A stretch of DNA of 61,464 bases, filler included, from Pirum gemmata (taxonomy: Eukaryota): the NCBI GenBank assembly GCA_002812295.1. It is 15 parts of 15 records of this genome, joined end to end, with 100 filler letters (N's around TTAATTAATTAA, not from the genome) between each part and the next. Parts side by side here need not be neighbours in the genome. Positions count along the whole stretch, not along the records: positions 36,885 to 40,753 come from PDIN01001802.1; positions 40,854 to 44,732 come from PDIN01001803.1; positions 44,833 to 48,720 come from PDIN01001804.1; positions 48,821 to 52,678 come from PDIN01001805.1; 11 more parts are not named here. One strand, 5' to 3'. The translations under genes and the position numbers were made by a program. Position 1 is the first letter of the stretch, and each line of letters opens with the position of its first letter. The notes under the pieces are model-generated. The model was not told the DNA's origin. It did not search any database and saw only the letters and a list, made by a program, of their open reading frames with translations. Positions 37,392 to 50,980 of this stretch are shown piece by piece.

Positions 37392-38610
37392 TTTTCAATT
37401 AGTAAACAGCCAATTAATGTGTTCGTTGTCCAAATGGCCAATATACCAAATGGTCAATACGCACATTATTACGTTTGCAAACCATGTCGTTCTGGTCACA
37501 TTTGTAAAAATGGTGTACAATGTTACTGGGAAGAATCTAGAACCGGTAATCCACTTTCACCTGGTTACTCTATCAGCGAATGATGCTATCATTGACCCCC
37601 AGGAGCTCCCTCAGGGACATCAATGTAAAGATGGAATCAAAACAAAATGCACTCAGTCTGCTAATTGTAAAGTACTAAACTTAGTTGCTAACACGTGTAC
37701 TAAATAAATCAGGAGCTCTCTCTTGCAACAAAATTCAATGTCATTACGGATTTGTGCTAAAAAATGGCGAATGCACACGTTACCCAACTGGACAATATTC
37801 TCATCATGGTGTTTGCCGAGCTTGTGGAGCAGGTTATGTTGTAAAAATGGTACAATGTTGTTGGAAAGCTACTACTCCTGGCTATTCGGTCAACAATGCT
37901 TGTCATCATTAATATTGTCCTGCCAACCATGTATGTAAAAAGGGAGTCAAGACACCCTGCACACTGCTCCTGAAAACTGTGCAGTACCGGAAAGTACTTG
38001 TTTACCAATAATTGGTGTAGCTTGCAAAACCTGTGAGGATGGCTACCATAAAGTGAATGGTAAATGCGAAGTCTCCCCAGTTGGCTTTCATTGTCCTGAT
38101 GGCCTAAAGACACCTTGTTCGGAACCTGAATATTGTAAAACACAGGTTTTAACTTGCGGTCGTACTTGAAATGCTTCCGGTATTATTCCTTGTGAAACTT
38201 GTGAGGATGATTATCATAAAGTCGATGGAAAATGTAAACCTTGCCCTGCATAAATGCGATGATGGGCAAAAGGTAAAAATGCACACCACCAAGCCATTGC
38301 GAAACACCAGGTAATACCTGTACACCTTCTGTATCTTTGGTTTGTAGTGTATTGGCTTTCGTTGTCTTGATGGCGTAAAGACTCCTTGTTCGGAACCTTA
38401 ACATTGTAAAACACCAGTTTTAACTTACGGTCGTACTTGTGATGCTTCCGGCATTATTCCTTGTGAAACTTGTGAGGATGGTTATCATAAAGTCGATGGA
38501 AAATGTAAACCTTGCCCTGCAGGGCATAAATGTGATGATGGGGAAAAGGAAAAATGTACTCCACCAAGCCGTTGCGAAACACCAGGTATAATAATACCTG
38601 TACACCTTCT
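37140..38610 (+). pseudogene. Decayed Cys-rich repeat surface-protein gene (CxxC, furin/VSP-like repeats)
   Basis: Repeats of CETCEDGYHKVDGKCKPCPAGHKCDDG..KCTPP..CETPG are broken by frameshifts, stops and a (TAG)n insert. There is an internal tandem duplication (about 38085-38330 vs 38355-38610). A further homologous piece at about 39890-40059 ends CKKGYKLVNGKCKPHQCKAQKP*. Confidence 0.75.
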
Positions 38611-40180
38611 AATTTAACTACAATTTTATACTAAACATCGATACATATATTAATATATCTTTCTGTTTTTTTTTTTTTTTTTTTTAAAAAAAATTTTGTT
38701 TTTTTATTTAATTAATAAAATAAGCACGGATTAGTTTATTGTGTTTCGTTATCACTCTATATCTCTCTTTCCTTTGTATTTTTTTAACAATAATAATATA
38801 TATTAACAATAATACTATATGTATAACTTTAGTTTTTACTATTTTTTTGCTCTTTATTTTAGTTAGTAATATTTTTATATATTCTGGTTTTCAATATGAT
38901 TAAAATGGTGAAATTTATTATCTTTTTGTTTCTTTTTTCTAGATTTATCTACTAAAAAAAATTGATGTAATACTTGTAAGTAATTTATATGTATATAAAT
39001 AACTGTTTATTTTTTTGTTTTTTGTTATTTAGTATTATTAATATTATTTATTTTATATTTTGGTTTTCAATAGGATAAGAATGGGTTAATTATTGGAATG
39101 TACACAATAGCGCTAGCCTTACTCAGCATTGTAGTAACGATTTGTTCTATTTAGGTAAAATTCGTTTTTTAATTAAAGGAGAAAATTTCCCAGGCTACAA
39201 CTGTCAAAGTGTTGAAAGAGATAAAAAGTAAAAGATGCACTTGCTATGAGATATATGTTAGGTTTTACGAATCAAGTTAACATTATAGGACATAATAATA
39301 GTGAAAATAGTTTTATTTATAGCAGTAATACGGAGAACACGGTTACAAAAAAGGTTGCTATTGATAATGACAATTATAGCAACACCAAGCGTTATGATAG
39401 TAATAGTAATAATAATAATTCTGATAGCGATAATAATACTGCTATCAAGCAATGGAGAGATGAATTACTGAAACGCAGTGAAACAAGTTGTTAGTGAAAA
39501 TTATGATTGTTCATTATATATGTTCTACTGGAATATTTCCTACCTCAAATCATGCCAATCTAAAAATCATCAACAATCAATTAAAATCGAAAAAGAGTGG
39601 CAACTATTTTTACTAGAATTTCATAGTATTAATCCTCTTAGTAATATATGTAAGGATTGGCTTGAAAAATATAGTGATAAAGTAAAGGAAGAATTTAGTA
39701 AGAGTCTCACAAATGGTTATGATAATAATAATAGAAAGGATATGAATACTACTATTGATAATAAATTTAATAATAATAATAATAATGTTTTAAATATGAA
39801 TGAAAAAAAAGAGGATAATAAAATTAACAATATCGATAATAAAAACAACAGTGCAGCAAAGAGATTTAAACTTAACATATTATTATAGTAATTGCATGCA
39901 TATAGTAAATGTAAATCATGTTCTTTTCCCAACCATTGTAAAGTGGCTGGTGATATATACACTACTTTTGGAAATTTGGTTTGTGAGACCTGTAAAAAGG
40001 GATACAAATTGGTGAATGGTAAATGTAAACCACACCAATGCAAAGCTCAAAAACCATAAAAAAATTATTATATAAACTGTTTTTTTTTATCTCAATTTTA
40101 TTTATTTTTATTATTTATTTTTTTTGTTCTCAACGGGTTACCCTTTTCAGTTTTTTTTATAATAGACCCCGTCTATACCC

Positions 40181-40211
<31 letters not shown>

Positions 40212-41754
40212 GTCAACAATCCGATAGTCTATAAGTTTTATATAAGTGTTTTATAGCTTTATATAGAATACTTATAGAATCCTCTTTATAGTTCTCTTTA
40301 TTCGGACTAAGGAATGTGCCTCGGCGCAAAAATAGTCTACCGCACTTCTACCGCCTATTTTTCGCATATTCTACTAGACTAGCTAGCCTACTAACAAATG
40401 AAAAGCGCAATTTTACTGGCGAGACAGCTAGCTAGCTAGTGGCGAGACCCTAGCTAGCTAGTAGCTAGAACGAGACCTATTAGCAGGTAGCGTTAGCTAA
40501 CTATGTCATAGCTAGCTAGACCTAGCTAGTAGTAGACTCTACTAGCTAGCTAGCTAGAGTACTAAGAACAAAGTTATTACTGGTATTGGAGTTATTAGTA
40601 GTCTAATAACTTTGGTAATATTATTCTTATTGCTATTATTATTATTGTTATCGTTATTATTATCGTTATTATTATCATTGTCATTATTATTATCATTATT
40701 ATTATCATTATTATCATCATTATTATCATCATTATTATCATCATTATCATTATNNNNNNNNNNNNNNNNNNNNNNNNNNNNNNNNNNNNNNNNNNNNTTA
40801 ATTAATTAANNNNNNNNNNNNNNNNNNNNNNNNNNNNNNNNNNNNNNNNNNNNTTATTATTATTATTAGTATTTTCTTTTATTTCTTTCGTTTTATTTTC
40901 GTTTTTCTTTCTTTTTTCTTTTTCCAGTAACTGTACATGTTGCTCTGTAGTTGCACACTAAAGATAGGAGGAGGAAAGGGGGGCATTCCTTCCGTAAACT
41001 CAAACCCTAACTCTAAGTCTCCCTATCCCAAAAATCGAACAACTGAAAATAATAAAAAGAAAAGAAAGGTAGGTGGGAAAAAAACTTCAATACTTCACAC
41101 CTTTTACTAATTGTACTAAACAAATTCTATTATGTTTTTTCGTTATTTTTATCATTAAAAAATATAAGCAAACAATATACCAACCAATTATTTTCTGTTA
41201 AAAACACAAACACTCAAAAGTAAAATAAAGAACTAAAAACTAAAAATTAAAAAATTATAAGACTAATTTTTTTTTTTCCGCCCCTACCCTACCCTAGAAA
41301 AAGTTATCATAGGTGTTTTGCTTCTGTAACTTTCTAGAGTAACTTTTTTTTTTTTTTATTCCTCTCATTTGATTATTTTGATATCATTCAAAATTTACTT
41401 CGGATCACTCACACGCCTCTCTTCGAAAAAACAGATCCATATTATTATTAAATTTTAATATTATTATTATGATTATTAGTTATTATTATAATTATTATTA
41501 TTATTATTTATTAATTATAAATTTTATTCTTTATTATTATTAGTATCAGTATTATTAATATTATTATTATTTATTATTATTATTATTATATTTTTATATT
41601 TTCTTTATTTTGTTGGGTTGGAATATCAAATATTATTTTTATTATATCTTTCTTGTAATTATCGATTTAATTAAATAAGTAGTTATTGATTAACAAAACA
41701 TAAAAAAACAAAAAGGAAGCTTAAAAGCCATTCAGTTTTTATTAATTTCACAAA

Positions 41755-43621
41755 CTAGCAGAAAAGAGAAGCTTCTCTATCATGTTGTTGTTTACGTAAA
41801 TCTTTATCCATAAAAATAAACAGATCTTCAAAACTATTGATACTACAATGTTTGTTTGATGGGTGTGGATCCGAACTACTATTTTGTTTTTTAATGTGTG
41901 AAATCGTTTCTGTTAAAGTAACATTCTTGCTTCCTTCATTTTGCAACCGCTTCTTAATATTACCAATACCACTAGTATTATTGCTCGAGTTATGATCATT
42001 ATTTTTGTTGCAATTATTTTTGTTAGTATTAATATTAATATTATTAAAATTATTATCAATATCGTTATTTCCAAGATCCTCCGTTCTTCTTAACTTAGTA
42101 GTTAACTTTTTTTTCGTTGATGTAAGAAAATCATTATTATTAAACAATACTGGTGATGGTAGTATTAGGTTAATGTTCTTGTTACTTAGGTCATTGTTAT
42201 GGTATTCGAATTCACGATTGTTGGGGTTGTTATCAGCATTAATATATTCGCAGTCATTTTGATTATTGTTTTCAATCAGTACAGTGCAAGTGTCTGATGA
42301 AGTGCACGAACTGGGGAATAGTGATGCCAGTGAAGATGACCTTACTACGGCCGGTGAGCAAGGAACTGAATATGTATTACGTATCAGATTAGGAGTACTT
42401 GTTACATTTTGGGTTAAAGTTGGTTTTGTTTTTTTTACCATCGAATCCTGATCAGGGTCAAAAGTTTTGGCCGCCGAAGCTTTTGCTGATACTAAACTAA
42501 ACCATTTATTAAACGTACAAAAAGATTTGTTACGTTCATCTTCTACAAATCCCTTATCTTCGTCAGTGAATGTTGATGTAATGGATGTAGCAGAAGTTTT
42601 GTTAATACCAGAAATACTGGCAATCGAATGAGAGGTTGCCCTTACCGACGTGTGTTGTACATCAGAACTTGATGGGGTCGTAGTGGTAGCAAATTCTACT
42701 AACGACCATTTTCTTTTAATTTTTAATTTGGAAACGAAATGCCCAAGGGAATTCTCAGTATTAGAATTTTGAGAATCTGAAGCTCTTCGTTTTAAATGTT
42801 GGCCTTGTGGCTGTTTATATAGAATCTCATGTTGTTGTCGATTGTTTTGTCTAGGAGACTGACTAGAATTTACATTGGTTTTACCCTGGAGTTTTAATTC
42901 TTGTAAGTCGAAAACTTCGTTTGGTGTTGTTCTTAAAGAGGGCTGACTTTTATGTCTTCTAGTTAATTTCACTAACTTTCGTTTTTTTTTCTTTTGAAGA
43001 ATACTAGGTTTGCTAGTGTTATAGTCATGTCTTCCCAAAGGCACATCAAAAACGTGAGGAAGGGATATACTTCTTTGTTTGTTCCAAAGTTTTGCTGCAG
43101 GCGAAATTGTTGATGATGTCAATTCATTGTTAATATTAATACAATTAGTATTCACAAGCTTTTCACAATCAGTATTTCCAGAAGCTTTTCTTTGGTTATT
43201 GATAAAGTTCGGGTACAAGTCCCATAGTAAACGTCTAATTTCTTTTCGAGCTAGAAAAAATATATCTGGGTGTAACTGTTGAATACCAACACCAGAATTA
43301 GATTCGTAATCAGTTAAACATTTCTCTATTCTTTTGCGAGAGACAGAGGAGATGTTTATTTCGTTTCTGCAATTATTCTAAACCCCCAACAAAAAATTAA
43401 AAAAAAAAAAATTAAAATTAATTCATATATTATTCAGTTATTTTACTTATTATAATGATGGCTATAAAAATTTGTAAAACAATTGAAATAATAATAATAA
43501 TAATAAATAAAGCGTACAGTAATAAAAATCATACTCTTTTCAAGAAAGCAAAAGAATGAGAAACCAAACCAAATCAAACCAAGTTAAACGAATTAGACTA
43601 TTTGTTTTTAAAAAAATAGTA

Positions 43622-43680
<59 letters not shown>

Positions 43681-43681
43681 G

Positions 43682-43731
<50 letters not shown>

Positions 43732-43763
43732 NCAACAACAACAACAACAACAACAGCAGCAGC

Positions 43764-43820
<57 letters not shown>

Positions 43821-44683
43821 TTCAATTTCAATTTTTTAAAGCCTAAATCAAGCTAAAAACATTAATAAATAAATAAATAAAAAAGAAAAGAAAAAAAAAT
43901 ACTTACTTTAATAAAATTATAATATATATATTTTGCTTGGCAATAAATCTCTAATCCTTCGCGATCAAGATAAGGAATAAAATATTGAAAGTTACTGGTG
44001 CACTCGTTGTGCTTAAGAGCTTCATAAACTAAAGAAGAATTTTCATAATCAAGTTCACTATCGTGTTCATAATCGTCAGCATCATCATCATCATCACCAT
44101 CATCATCAAAATAATAATCATCATCATCATCATCATCATCATCATATTTACCAATATTACTAACATGTCCATTATTAGCATAGTTTTTAGGCTTTTTATA
44201 ATCATTAAAATATATATTTTTTGTTTTTTTTGTAATGGAGTCAATAAGAAGAGAACTTACCTGTGAATCATAAACACTTTCTTCCTCTTTATTTAGGTTA
44301 TTAAAACCAATGCCATCAGATACCTCATCGTAGTTAGTATTATTTTCAGTATCATCATTATCATCGTTATCATTATCATTATCATTATCAGTATCATTAT
44401 CATTATCATTATCATTATCATTATCATTATCGATATCATTATCATTATTAGATTGATTACGTAAACAACTTAGTATTTTACTTTTTGAAAATTTTGTATT
44501 CATAATTCGATAATAATTTTGTTCAAACTCGTGTACTTGTTTTAAAAAGTTATAGCTCTCCACAGAGTGAATTTGTTTAAGAAAGTATTCAAATTTTTCC
44601 GCTAAATCAATATCATTGAAGTTGATTATATCATTAAAAGTTTCGGCATTTGTTTTGGTATTGTAAATGTTGGTATTGTTGGC

Positions 44684-44732
<49 letters not shown>
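41755..44732 (-). CDS. RGS-domain (regulator of G-protein signalling) protein with a long low-complexity C-terminus (5' partial; exons 44732-43907 and 43377-41755)
   Basis: FEYFLKQIHSVESYNFLKQVHEF ... AKYIYYNFIK, then a GTAAGT intron 43906-43378, then NNCRNEINISSVSRKRIEKCL...PDIFFLARKEIRRLLWDLYPNF. All RGS helices are present in order and the phase-0 splice keeps the frame. Confidence 0.87.
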
Positions 44733-45366
44733 NNNNNNNNNNNNNNNNNNNNNNNNNNNNNNNNNNNNNNNNNNNNTTAATTAATTAANNNNNNNNNNNN
44801 NNNNNNNNNNNNNNNNNNNNNNNNNNNNNNNNTTTTTTTTGGAATCTAAATTTTAATAATAATGATGATGATAATCATGCAAATGATGATAACGGTAACA
44901 ATAATAATGGCAATGGTAATGGTAAAGAGGAATGCTAATGGTAAAACTGATGATAACGCCTATTGCATTTCAGTTTACTAAAAGATGATGGCAATGATAA
45001 TGATAATGATAATGATAACATAATGGTAATAATGGTACTGGTAATCGTAATAGCAATGGCAATGGCAATGGCAACCGTAATCGTAATGATAATCTGTAAT
45101 GGTAATGGTAATAGTAATGAAAATGGTAATGGTAATGGTGACGGTAATGGTAATGGTAATGGTAATAGGAAATAATGGAAATGGTAATGGTAATGGTAAT
45201 GGAAATGGTAATGGTAATGGTAATGGTAATGGTAATGGTAATGGTAATGGTAATGGTAATGGTATGGTATGGTAGTGGTAGTGGTAATGAACATGGTAAT
45301 GGTAATAATAATGATTATGATCATGATAATAATAATAACAATAATAATAATAATAATAGTATCTAC

Positions 45367-46203
45367 CCCCATTGAAGGTTGTTGCATTTGTTGTAAAGGC
45401 TGTTGCATTTGGTGCGTAGAAACTGCTATTTGACTATCTTTTACTAATTTATCATACAGAGCAACCGATTCACAGTACTAATTAAATAATAATAATTTAT
45501 AGAAATAATATATTATTATATTATATATTGTTATGTATATAATCAATTTCAACTCTTTTTTTCTCGTTCTTTTATTAATTAGAGATGCTTCAAAAGCAAT
45601 CATTTTTATTAGTATTGTTATTTGCATTGTCACTGTGGTTGTTATTGTTATTGATATTTTTATTAATAGTTTTAGTATTAGTATTAGTATTATTATCATT
45701 TATTATTATTATTATTATTATTATCATTTATCATTATTATTATTAATATTATTACTATTACACACAGATTTACATATAAAACACACCTACACTATAAGAA
45801 AACAAAAAAAAAGAAAAAACAATGACATAAAAAAGGGTAGAAGAGGTATAGAAGAGGGTAGAAAAGTCATAGAAAAGGGTAGAATAGTCATAGAAAAGGG
45901 TAGGATAGTCATAGAAAAAGGTAGAATAGTCATAAAAAAGATTAGAATAGTCATGGAAAAGGTAGAATAGTCATAGAAAAGGGTAGAATAGTCATAGAAA
46001 AGGGTAGAATAGTCATGGAAAAGGGCAGAATAGTCATAGAAAAGTAGAATAGCCACAGAAAAAGGTAGAATTATCAACATAAACAACAAATAAAAATAAT
46101 ATACCAAGGCGTTTAGACTAGCCAATTCTTCTTCTTTCTTATTTAGACCAGTTAAATCCTTTTCTATTAAAGGTTTCATATCTCCAACTACTCTTTCGTA
46201 CAA
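45367..46203 (-). CDS. STAM: Internal exons of a STAM/Hse1-like ESCRT-0 subunit (GAT/coiled-coil region; exons 46203-46105 and 45477-45367)
   Basis: Both exons are phase 0 with AG/GT borders. The joined peptide LYERVVGDMKPLIEKDLTGLNKKEEELASLNALYCESVALYDKLV resembles the STAM GAT helices (MxPLIxxxL...KxxELxxLN...LYxKL), and a Q/P-rich stretch follows. Confidence 0.68.
45835..46070. repeat. 21-bp minisatellite in the STAM-like intron
   Basis: About ten variant copies of GTCATAGAAAAGGGTAGAATA. Confidence 0.85.
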
Positions 46204-46248
46204 CTACAAGAGTAGAATAGTATTATAAAATAATAACAAAAAATAGTA

Positions 46249-46298
<50 letters not shown>

Positions 46299-46705
46299 TA
46301 ATAAATAATAATAATGATGATGATAATAATAATAATAAATCAATGATAATAATAATAATAATTAACAGTAATAAATCCATAACTAAAACCATAATTAATT
46401 TCAACAATAACAACAATAATAACAACAGCAGCAGAAGCAGCAGTAATAATCATAATAATAACATTAACCATGACCATAACCCTAACCCTACAGCTCAAAC
46501 CTAATCTTAACTTAAGAGTAACCTATATCCTACCCTACCTCCACCCCTACCTCTTCCAGTGCCCCCTACTTTTTCCACTAACAACAACAATAACAACAGC
46601 AAATAACAAAATCAACGCCAACAAAAAACCATCACCACAACAACTTGTACAATAATAATAATAATAATAATAATAATAACCATTTTTTTAAATTTTTCTC
46701 TACAG

Positions 46706-47811
46706 AAAAGGGTATTTTAAATGGAATGAGTGCAAAAGATTTTATTTTAGGGGGGAAGACCAACAATCAGTTTGACGACGAAGACATAGCCGAATATTCA
46801 AATAATATGATTATACAAGATCACTATGAAAAAAAGAAAGAAAACAATGCAGAAGAAAGCGATAATGATGAATATGATTGTCCAGGAGGTAGTGGTTCAT
46901 TAGGAACAACTATTAATTACCTTTCCATTGAAGTGAATTCAAAACCAGAACCAGAACTCGAAGATGAATATTATGTTCCTGGCACAAACAATGATAATGA
47001 TAATGAAACACCACCACCAACAGCTTGTTTACCCCCACCACCACCGAATCCCGAAGATAATGGGTTTGCTAATGTGGATGATTATTGTGCACCTGAACTA
47101 TGTGTTGATTTTTCATCACCATCACCTCCTTCACCAACGGCTCCAGAAGAGTATTGTGAAATTGGGCAAAATATGCAAGTTATACCACAAAACCCAATAC
47201 AACAAGAAGATGAATATTTCGTTCCTAACTCTATTTCCCCACCGTCTTTGCCGGTAGCAGAGGATGAATATTGCGCTCCTCAAATGAATTTTGGAAAACA
47301 AACTACAAACAAATCTACACCTCCTTCGTTCAACCCCACCCCTGTGGCGGTGGAAGACGAATACTGTGCCCCTCAAATGAACCATAATAATCGTCAAAGT
47401 GTTATAATAGAAGAAGAATATTGCGCACCGCAATTATCCCGTCCACCAGAAAATGCGGCGGCAGTGGTTACTGATGACGAATATTGTGCGCCTCAGTTAT
47501 TAAATAATCAAACTGCTACTTCACCCCCACCTCCTGTATCAACTCCTCCACCACCACCACCTGAATTAACCCCACCACCACCGCCTGCATCAACCCCCCC
47601 TCCACCACAAGTGGTCACTGATGATGAGTATTGTGCCCCTCAATTGCTAAACCGTCGAACTTCTATTATTCATGCTAAACCACCCCAATCACCGCCGGAA
47701 CAACCTATAATTGAAGATGAGTATTTCGTTCCTAATGAAGTGAAACAACCACCTGTTTTAGAAGATGTCGAAGTTGAGGATGAATATTTTGTTCCAAATG
47801 ATTTGAAGTAG
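46706..47811 (+). CDS. Acidic, Pro-rich protein or exon with 11 YxxP motifs (candidate tyrosine-kinase substrate scaffold)
   Basis: 1.1-kb open frame after a TTTTTCTCTACAG acceptor (alternative ATG at 46726). It carries repeated [DE][DE]YCAP and DEYFVP motifs with polyproline between them. It ends at TAG 47809-47811, or at a possible donor AA|GTAGTT. Confidence 0.85.
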
Positions 47812-50800
47812 TTATTTCCTTTAGGGTTAGAGTTAGAGTTAGGGTTAGTGGATGAATTTTTTTTCCGAATAATTTAAAATAGTTATTTGATTTAGGGTTA
47901 GGATTAGGGTTAGGCCAAAAGGATAAAATTAACTTTTTTGTTGATCGAGATCAATTTAATTATAAAATATCAATAAAAATAATAATAATTTTATACTTCC
48001 CACAAAAAACATTTAGGATTCATGTTAAGGTTAGGATTAGTTGGGGTTAAGGTTAGGGTTAGTTCCGCGCCGGCTATAATTCAGGGTGAGTGGTATTTTG
48101 TCCCGAAAGAAATAAAACAGCAATCTGTTTCGGAAAAAATTGAAGTTGAGGATTAGGGTTAGGGTTAGGGTTAGGGTTAGGTCACAGGTTAGAGTTAGGG
48201 TTAGGGTTAGGGTTAGGTCACAGGTTAGGGCTAAGTCACAGGTTAGGGTTAAGGTTGGGGTTAGGGTACAGGATACAATAAAAATGACCATTAATAGATA
48301 ATAATGTTATGGTTAAGGTTAGGGTTAGGGTACAGGATACAATAAATATGACCATTAATAGATAATGATGAAAAGTACCATGTTTCTTCACATTGTGAGC
48401 TGTCCACAAAATGTGTTAGGATAAGGGTTTTAAGGTTAGAATCGGGTTAGCATTATTTATAATTTATTATTATTAATTTAATATTATTTATTTATTGTTT
48501 ATTATTATTTATTTATTGTTTATTATTAAGTATCAATTATGTATTATTTATTTTTATTTATGATCAACCAAGGGATAAGCCACATGATAAAAAAAAACCA
48601 TTAAAAATATAATAAAATGTTTTGTGTTTCCTAACTTTTAATTGATCACAAAAACTGTAAGGATAAGGGCAACACTTAGTTAGGATTAGGATTAGGGTTA
48701 ATTATTTATTATTTATTATTNNNNNNNNNNNNNNNNNNNNNNNNNNNNNNNNNNNNNNNNNNNNTTAATTAATTAANNNNNNNNNNNNNNNNNNNNNNNN
48801 NNNNNNNNNNNNNNNNNNNNTCATAAATTAAAAAAAAAAATAATTATAATAATAAAATAAAATGTTTTGTTTTCTTGAAAACGTTTTTTCTTGCTTTTTC
48901 ATGAATGCTGAATTGCTGATAGCCTGATAATGCTGATTTTTAAAATTAATAACTGCTGATTAATGAGATCTATTTTTTTAATCATTTTGATAGGAGAGTA
49001 TGATAGAGATACTGTAGAGATTCAGCAGCCCATCTTCTTCCGCATCAGACTCAGAGTAACTTTCTGAGTAGAAACTGTAGAATTGTGTAGAATTTTCTAA
49101 AGAGTAGACTAGCTACAAATTGCCTACAATAATACTATCATACTAATCGACAGTCGACTACCAGCTACTGATCGATAGAATTGTGTATCGATAGGATTTT
49201 CTTTAGAAAGTAGAGTCTATATGATTATCTCCCCGAAAGTCTATCGATAAATAATCTGTGAGTCATTTTTACTCATTTTTTTCACGGCCGGCCACCTACA
49301 AGTCTACAACCTATCATAATTCAAATTATCCAAGGACTTCAAAAAATTGAAGTCCTTGCCTAGATATGATATATAAAACAGGTATAGCTAGTAGTATTGT
49401 TTAGTAGACTTTTTAGACTGGACTACTGAGACTACTGCCCCAGTTTAGAATTTTAGATTATAATACTGCAGAAATATTTTTTTACTATGATAGATCATAG
49501 ACTACTATGATAATATCAAACTAATATGATATAACCAATGGCTATCACCGAGTTCAAACTTCAAAAAACCTTGTGAAAAACACAAAAAATACTGATAAAA
49601 AACAAAGGCACTTAATTATATAATGTCTTCTTGACTATCAGACATCATAATATATTATTTTATATTATTATGATATATTTATCATATGTCATATTTTTAT
49701 AAAAAGGTTAGGTGGTCGTGAAAAAACCCCTCTACCATGATAGCTAGCTACTAGCTAGAGTAGCTACGATACTACTACTAGTAGTAGGAAAAACCCCCTC
49801 TGACACATGATATGATATCATAGGAAAAATCCCGAGGTAACTAACTAGCTCTAGCTAGCTAGCTAGTAGTAGAGTTGGAGTTGCTACCTAGCTAGCTAGC
49901 TACTAGCTAGCTAGAGGAGTTGCTACTACTACTAGTAGAGACTAGCTAGCTAGCTCCAGTAGATAGTCTAGCTAGACTCTAGCTAGCTACTAGACCAGAG
50001 GTCTAGAGACTCTACATAGCACTGTTAGCACATGCTGCACACGCAGCGCATTTTAACAGTAGTGTAGCGCTGTAGATTCAGTGTAGAATGTAGAGTCTGA
50101 GTGTAGAGAAGAGTCAGAAGACAGACCCCCCTAATAATAATGTTTGTAGAAAAAAGAGAAGTGAAAAAAGAGAAAAAATAGGAAAAAATAGAGAAAAAAT
50201 ACTGAAAAAATACTGAAAAAATAAAGAATAATTATCCATAATAGCCATACATGATTGACATCCAATATTTGATTCCATTGCGACCAATGAAAAATCCTGA
50301 TCAAAATACTTCGCACCCTCAGGCTTCTAGCTAGCTCTCTAGTATCGAATCTATCGATAACTAGCTAGCTACTACTACCGGTAGCTAGGTAGCTATCATA
50401 GTCTACTAGCTAGCTAGACTAGACTTCCTACCTTCCACTTCCTACTAATAAGAGTCTAATAAGACTAATATTAGTAGCTAGCTACTAGCTAGACTAGCTA
50501 GAGAGCTGTCGCTAAGAGCTATGATAGAGGAGGGGTGAGAACTCTTATGGCGAACTTTTTTGACCGAGGCACAAAGTAAATGTTGTTCGCCTGTTTCGCC
50601 TTACCATATTTAGTATTTGTAATTATTTATTTAGTAACTACCTATTTAAGTAGTTACTTTAAAAAGAGTTTATTATACTATTTATAGTAACTTTAGGCAA
50701 ATTTCTGGAAGTTCGCCGGTCCGAGCATCCAATTGGTAAGATGACGTCATCTCATCCCTCCTGTCTATAGTGTCTTTAGCTAGGAAATAAGAAAATTAGT

Positions 50801-50980
50801 GCAGTTTCATCCAATATTATTATATCGATATTCCACATTAAATTTTTTTAGACGACTCGATATTTTATTTATTTACTATTTATTTTTATTGTAGACTTTA
50901 GAATATTTCTTGATTTATGATATAATAATAAAATGATATCGATAGGATAATATAACTATAATATATCATAGCTGATACTA

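Noticed and set aside
37140..38610. Stop-codon reassignment suggested by in-frame stops in coding-like DNA
   Set aside because: The same regions also have frameshifts. Intact genes (10533, 41755, 46706) have long stop-free frames, and those that end in the window stop at TAA or TAG, so decay explains it.
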